Shown: positions 59,175-64,000 of the stretch, in pieces | Layout of the letters: each line of letters starts with the position of its first letter | Position numbering within the stretch: position 1 is the stretch's first letter | Source of the DNA: a virus | Reading direction: 5' to 3' (one strand) | DNA: 64,000 nt | IMG/VR virus record: IMGVR_UViG_3300021142_000007 | Location: 1 to 64,000 of that record | Program-made: the position numbers and the translations under genes | The notes under the pieces: generated by a model | The model's database searches: none | The model's input: only the letters and a program-made list of their open reading frames with translations | What the model was told of the DNA's origin: nothing

Positions 59175-59461
59175 ATAGATATTTTTATACGTGAATCAAT
59201 ACTACCTCTCCAATTAACACTTACTCCGTGCTGTTCCAGTACCTCGACTATTTCTTTTCCATTACCGTTCCACGCTAAGTAACATGAACCATTTTCCTTT
59301 AGGTCGTTAGCATCTTGATTATGATAAAATACAGCCTTTTCAGCTTTTGCATCAGGAATACTAGCCCATGCGCATGATTGACAGCACCAAAAGTTTTGTC
59401 TAGCGAAGTAACCCTTTTTTCTTAGGGCTTTAAAAGCATTTGTTAGATTTGATTTTGACAT
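59171..59461 (-). CDS. Conserved phage protein, DUF6891-like
   Basis: ARQNFWCCQSCA...VFYHNQD. Confidence 0.65.
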   Translation of the reverse strand: MSKSNLTNAFKALRKKGYFARQNFWCCQSCAWASIPDAKAEKAVFYHNQDANDLKENGSCYLAWNGNGKEIVEVLEQHGVSVNWRGSIDSRIKISI

Positions 59462-59530
59462 GATATTTTTATTTTATGGAACAAATATAAGAAAAGGATT
59501 TGGAATATCCAAACCCTTTTCCATTTTTAT

Positions 59531-60016
59531 TTACGCTGTTTGTACTTTGTATTCCTTCACGATTTCATAGATGTTTCGGCATATACGGTCATTGTACGCG
59601 AAACGGTCTTTCATGTAGTCTTCGAGCGATATTTCAGGCAACGCATATTCTTCGAGCATTTCCGATAGCTTACAAGAATTTGTATACGATGGAAACATAC
59701 CAAAGCCTTTCAAGCCTCCATCTTCCTTGCGCTTTTCAGAATACACATCTAGCTTTACCTTGCCATCCTCGATGATTTGTCCAACACACTCGGTGTCCAC
59801 AAGCATACTCGTACCCTTTATGAGCGCAAGACTACCACGTATAGCAAAGTATTCATCAGGCTCTGCTTGCTTTACCAGTGTGCTTTCTTTGCATTTCTCC
59901 AACTGGTCTTTGATAGCCTTGTCAATGTCAGCGTTTAGCTTCTTGACATCTATTGGTATAACCATGATACCATTTACGTTTTTGCTTAGGTTTTGTCTTT
60001 CTTCTTTCGTTACCAT
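59531..60016 (-). CDS. Hypothetical protein
   Basis: Own promoter. Confidence 0.7.
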   Translation of the reverse strand: MVTKEERQNLSKNVNGIMVIPIDVKKLNADIDKAIKDQLEKCKESTLVKQAEPDEYFAIRGSLALIKGTSMLVDTECVGQIIEDGKVKLDVYSEKRKEDGGLKGFGMFPSYTNSCKLSEMLEEYALPEISLEDYMKDRFAYNDRICRNIYEIVKEYKVQTA

Positions 60017-60093
60017 TTTGATTTGTTTTGATTAATTAATGATGCAAAGATAATAAGAAAAATGATACTACCAAATCCCAGCACAACTTTTTT

Positions 60094-60564
60094 TTAGGCT
60101 TCTTCTTTTTCTTTCATCGCGTCCAAAAAGTCTTCGGCATTGCCCTCAAACAATACACGCTTTTTATGCACATATTTGTTTTTCTCGTTATAGTAGCCAA
60201 ATTCATAGCAACGTAAGATTACTTCACGTGTATCGCTATTCACTTCGATTTCATACGTGTAGGCTTCACCACAGTCTTTGGCGTTCGCCTTATTTATGTA
60301 GAAACCACCAACGCCTTTTTTGAAATGAGCAATCAGTTGAGCCGCAAGACAACCTGCGCCGTTGAAAACGCGTTGTTTGCTTTCTATGTCGTCTGGTGAA
60401 AAACCATCAACTACCTTACTGCCATTCAAGAACTCCACAAGGTCAGCACCATGTCCAAGTGGATAGCCATCATATTGGCGATACATGGTGAGAAGTGTTT
60501 GTTTTTTCTTTTTACCTTCTTCGTTCCAACTTTCGATAATGTGTGTTAAACTACGTGTACCCAT
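60094..60564 (-). CDS. Conserved hypothetical phage protein
   Basis: MGTRS...YRQYDGYP...NGAGCLAAQL. Confidence 0.75.
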   Translation of the reverse strand: MGTRSLTHIIESWNEEGKKKKQTLLTMYRQYDGYPLGHGADLVEFLNGSKVVDGFSPDDIESKQRVFNGAGCLAAQLIAHFKKGVGGFYINKANAKDCGEAYTYEIEVNSDTREVILRCYEFGYYNEKNKYVHKKRVLFEGNAEDFLDAMKEKEEA

Positions 60565-60620
60565 GATTTATTTGTTTTGATTAGTGATGCAAAGATAATG
60601 CTTTTTTTCGTATTTCCAAA

Positions 60621-60941
60621 TTATTTTTCAGAAATGTTATCGATTCTATGCTTTGTTGATAAATCGGAACGCTCATGCCAATACAAGTCTTCAAACATCT
60701 TACGCGCGTGTTCTTCGTTATTGGCTTCGATATACATATCCGACTTATACGTTATAAGATACTTCTTCTTAGGCGGTTGAGTGTCGTCTATACACTTCTC
60801 CACCACAAGTACCCATGACCCACTAGGGTCTTCCTCTTGTGCGCTCGGATAGGCTTCAAGCACCTTTTGTATATGGTCTTCGCTTAGTACAGCACCTAAA
60901 AGACTGGCAACGTGTATAACGTCTTCTTTTTGTATGTTCAT
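60621..60941 (-). CDS. Hypothetical protein
   Basis: Own promoter. Confidence 0.65.
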   Translation of the reverse strand: MNIQKEDVIHVASLLGAVLSEDHIQKVLEAYPSAQEEDPSGSWVLVVEKCIDDTQPPKKKYLITYKSDMYIEANNEEHARKMFEDLYWHERSDLSTKHRIDNISEK

Positions 60942-60992
60942 TGTTTATTGATTTATGACCACAAAGATAATACTATTTTTCGTATTTCCAAA

Positions 60993-61241
60993 TTATTGTA
61001 ACATAATAATATAGTTATCATCAAAAAAAGCCAGTAATAAATTATAACGACATAACTTATCACACATTTCACATATATCATTATATTCTTCTGTTTCAAC
61101 CCATTCGGTTGAAAATTTTTGTTGCCAAATATTCCATATATCCGATTCTATCTTATTCACCAACGCTCTAGCCTCAGATACGGTTCTTGGAGTATTAACC
61201 GCTGAATAAAAACGCTTTTTAAAAGGATTGTTTTTTGTCAT
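60993..61241 (-). CDS. Hypothetical protein
   Basis: Own promoter. Confidence 0.65.
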   Translation of the reverse strand: MTKNNPFKKRFYSAVNTPRTVSEARALVNKIESDIWNIWQQKFSTEWVETEEYNDICEMCDKLCRYNLLLAFFDDNYIIMLQ

Positions 61242-61349
61242 TGCTTATTGATTTATGACCACAAAGATATGGCTTATTTCCGAATTTCCAAATAAATATA
61301 TAAAAAAAAGAGAGACCCTAGGGTCTCCCATCAATCAAAACAAGTTACT

Positions 61350-61619
61350 TTATTCTTCGATGAACATCATCGGTTCATCCAAATGCTCGTTACATAGCTT
61401 ATCAGCATCCATGCCAATTTCATCATCAGCAACATAGTAATAGATACCTTCATCCACAGATGTTGTCTCGGCATCAGCCTTGTTGGTATGAACACCATTG
61501 ATAATCAAAGCATCATATAGCGAAGCCGTTGAAATGGTAATGGTTTCTTCTTCGTTACCACGCAATACCGTTAGAGTTCTTGTAGGGTATTCTATCCCCT
61601 TGTAGGTTATCTTATCCAT
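61350..61619 (-). CDS. Hypothetical protein
   Basis: Own promoter and terminator. Confidence 0.7.
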   Translation of the reverse strand: MDKITYKGIEYPTRTLTVLRGNEEETITISTASLYDALIINGVHTNKADAETTSVDEGIYYYVADDEIGMDADKLCNEHLDEPMMFIEE

Positions 61620-61671
61620 TGTTTATTGATTTATGACTGCAAAGATAATTCTTATTTCCGTATTTCCAAAT

Positions 61672-62172
61672 TTAATTTGAAAGATACTTCACACAATGCC
61701 AGTAGTCGGTTTCGGTATTTTGAGCGTTCATATCTATGTCATATATACTTACACTATCGTGGTCTTCACAGTAATGAACATCGAAGAACACATCACCTAG
61801 ATTTATAGTATACCAATAGTCGTCTTCGGGTATTTCAAGAACCTTAGTATGAACCACACCATTTGGTTTGAATTTCATCCTTATATCCAACAAACGCTTC
61901 TTCTTATCAAACCTAACATCGAAGAAATGTATCTTTTGCTTAAACTCAAAAGCCTTATCTACGATACGTCTAGGACTATCATCAGCACATATACGCTGGG
62001 TCTGCTTTTTACCACTCATGGTATACCCACGATGCGTTATTTCGTATATGCCCAATCCACGATTATGAAGGAAGTAACCTAAATCCTTGTCTCCACATAT
62101 CAACCACGTAACCGAAGATATACGGGTCAGTCCAGCTTTTTCAGCCAATTCTGTTAGTCTTGATTTTTTCAT
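61672..62172 (-). CDS. Hypothetical protein
   Basis: Own promoter. Confidence 0.7.
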   Translation of the reverse strand: MKKSRLTELAEKAGLTRISSVTWLICGDKDLGYFLHNRGLGIYEITHRGYTMSGKKQTQRICADDSPRRIVDKAFEFKQKIHFFDVRFDKKKRLLDIRMKFKPNGVVHTKVLEIPEDDYWYTINLGDVFFDVHYCEDHDSVSIYDIDMNAQNTETDYWHCVKYLSN

Positions 62173-62227
62173 TGCTTATTGATTATGAATACAAAGATAA
62201 TGGTATTTTCCGTATTTCCAAATAATT

Positions 62228-62443
62228 CTATGAATTATTTTGCATTTCTTTTAACCTACCTTGAATTAACTCCTGTGCAAATTCATCCGTCTCCGCATCA
62301 ATATCTCGATACTCGACACTACCATCAGGATATATCTTAGCGATTACACGACCATCTTCGTTATCGTCAGATGTCGTCCAAGCATCAATATGAATTACTC
62401 CATCTTCAATGAAGTCGGCATGTATTTCTGTCCATTTACTCAT
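62228..62443 (-). CDS. Hypothetical acidic protein
   Basis: Packed ORF. Confidence 0.65.
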   Translation of the reverse strand: MSKWTEIHADFIEDGVIHIDAWTTSDDNEDGRVIAKIYPDGSVEYRDIDAETDEFAQELIQGRLKEMQNNS

Positions 62444-62447
62444 ATGA

Positions 62448-62663
62448 TTATGAATTTAATTTATTTAAAAAACTTATAGCGTCAGTTTCACTATGGAAAG
62501 CATAACGGGTCATTTCTTTACCCCTATATGGCTTTAGACTTAGTCTATCTATCGTTTGACCCTTCTCGTTGGTTATATACCAATAAGTAGCGCAAGCTGG
62601 CAAACCACTAGGTAGTCTCTTGCTTTTGTAAGGTATGTATTGATTTGAATTTAGTGTATACAT
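62448..62663 (-). CDS. Hypothetical protein
   Basis: Packed ORF. Confidence 0.55.
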   Translation of the reverse strand: MYTLNSNQYIPYKSKRLPSGLPACATYWYITNEKGQTIDRLSLKPYRGKEMTRYAFHSETDAISFLNKLNS

Positions 62664-62836
62664 CTTATCTTAATTTAGTTGTGAAACAGCTTTCTTCTCC
62701 AATTCATCCAGTATGACATAAACCGCTACGCCACGCCTCTTAGCTTCCAATTCTAATTCCTCTATGGTTACATGAATAACCCCTTCATCCTTTACGCTCA
62801 TATGGCTATTTGTTTATGCAAAGTTAATAATTATTC

Positions 62837-63085
62837 CTAGACTTCCAAGTCTTTTAACAAATCAGTATCAAAATCTACTAATGGTAATTCAAAAACCTCA
62901 TTGGTTAAAGGCTCATGAACCCTTACCTTTTCAGCATACGTGTCACAATGGTCAGGAGCAATTCCAGCATTGTTAGCAGAACTTCTAATAGCATAGGCTA
63001 TATTTCTAGCTACTTCCATTACATCATTATCATCATCGATACTCGATTCAAAAGTAACCGTAACGCTAAATGTTAATTGTTTCAT
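62837..63085 (-). CDS. Hypothetical protein
   Basis: Own TAACTTTG promoter. Confidence 0.65.
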   Translation of the reverse strand: MKQLTFSVTVTFESSIDDDNDVMEVARNIAYAIRSSANNAGIAPDHCDTYAEKVRVHEPLTNEVFELPLVDFDTDLLKDLEV

Positions 63086-63114
63086 GACCTTGTTTGTTTA
63101 TGCAAAGTTAATAA

Positions 63115-63888
63115 TTATTCCGATACTACCAAACTTTTATTGGTCTTTTTTTCAACCAAAGGCTTTGTTCGTATGGCAAAGCCACTTTCGAACGCTAGGC
63201 TATTGTTCGCACCGCGTCCTGTCATTTTCTTATACTTCAACCCACAAATAACTCCCTTTTTATCCAAAAATCTTAGGTCGTCATTGTCCGCGTTAATTAC
63301 TTCGTACCCCTCATACATACTAGGCAATTCATCAAATACCATAGCTACATTGTAACCCTTAGAAAGTATCTCCAATGCCTTGTCATGATTGGTTTCCGAC
63401 CTGCTAAAGGTCAAGTGATAGTTGCTAGGCAAAGGCTTATTAAACCTTGTATGATTCTTGGTGTAGTCATAAAATTGTACGCTAGGAAATACCTCAAAGA
63501 TATTCTTGCCATCAAATACCTTATGGCTCTCATAGGATATATCAGATGTGCCGTTCAAACGAAACGTTACAATTGTATCGTTATCGTTAGCATACTTCTT
63601 AATTGCTTTCTCGATTTCACCACGCAATTTATTCAGAAATTCAATACGATTGCTCAACCAGTATTCAGTCTTAGCAATACGTCCGTTTTTAACACTTAAA
63701 TACATACCGCCAAAACCACTGCCAGTTAAACAACTTTCAGCACAACCCTTAGACGCATACGCACATACATTCTTGCCAGTGCTGTTAAAGGTATAGGGAG
63801 ACATATATAGGATATATGTTTTATATCCAAGCTTCTCGCCTTTCATTGTTTTGGTATTGTTTGTCGTTAGTAGTGGTCTGTTATACAT
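63115..63888 (-). CDS. GP88-like phage protein (Cys cluster, radical-SAM-like)
   Basis: CAYASKGCAESCL, RLNGTSDI, FYDYTK, NYHLTFS and DDLRFLD motifs. Confidence 0.75.
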   Translation of the reverse strand: MYNRPLLTTNNTKTMKGEKLGYKTYILYMSPYTFNSTGKNVCAYASKGCAESCLTGSGFGGMYLSVKNGRIAKTEYWLSNRIEFLNKLRGEIEKAIKKYANDNDTIVTFRLNGTSDISYESHKVFDGKNIFEVFPSVQFYDYTKNHTRFNKPLPSNYHLTFSRSETNHDKALEILSKGYNVAMVFDELPSMYEGYEVINADNDDLRFLDKKGVICGLKYKKMTGRGANNSLAFESGFAIRTKPLVEKKTNKSLVVSE

Positions 63889-64000
63889 GATTACGTGTTT
63901 TGATTATGAATGCAAAGATAAACCTTTTTTCCGTATTTCCAAATGTTTTAACAAAAAAAATGCCCTAGCGAATATTCACTAGAGCATTACCATTAAAACC

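Larger units (their letters stand above)
40905..63950 (-). promoter_or_regulatory. Array of more than 40 Bacteroidota-type promoters (TTTG/TTG...TAnnTTTG), about one per gene
   Basis: CAAA(G/T)ATA...TTTCCAAA recurs on the + strand upstream of most - strand ORFs, e.g. near 42061, 44057, 46754, 52159, 55752, 60590, 63913. Confidence 0.88.

Noticed and set aside
1334-63796. Numerous antisense or nested ORFs in the track (e.g. 3169-3567, 6870-7358, 20982-21458, 26651-27169, 46811-47329)
   Set aside because: Shadow frames of well-supported genes, with Ser/Leu/Phe-rich composition and no expression signals
40905-63950. Recurrent intergenic repeats as a CRISPR array or integron attC sites
   Set aside because: Repeats are degenerate, separated by whole genes and explained by promoter/terminator motifs; no cas or integrase gene is seen in the window
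1-64000. Alternative genetic code (stop recoding)
   Set aside because: Conserved genes are full length in the standard code, and TAG and TGA end several well-supported ORFs

Overview
AT-rich, densely coding segment of a large T4-like (jumbo-type) dsDNA phage. The host is most likely a Bacteroidota member, judged from TAnnTTTG promoters, the absence of Shine-Dalgarno sequences and a T9SS-type cargo gene. The left part (1-40.6 kb) holds the head module (major capsid, scaffold, prohead protease, portal, large terminase), putative head-packaged proteins and enzymes (ThyA, ClpC, thioredoxin, glycosyltransferases, GNATs, a nucleotidyltransferase). Many of these genes are preceded by a sense-strand ATATTTATA motif. 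At 40.66-40.92 kb an A-tract repeat and a poly-G tract mark a likely origin or terminus. The right part (41-64 kb) is an array of small early-type genes, nearly each with its own promoter/terminator cassette. It also carries tRNA-Glu, a tRNA-Leu-like RNA with an enlarged anticodon loop, and four promoter-driven copies of an unassigned structured ~55-nt element. Two -1 frameshift candidates lie on homopolymer runs. All assignments come from motif recognition by eye; no searches were run.
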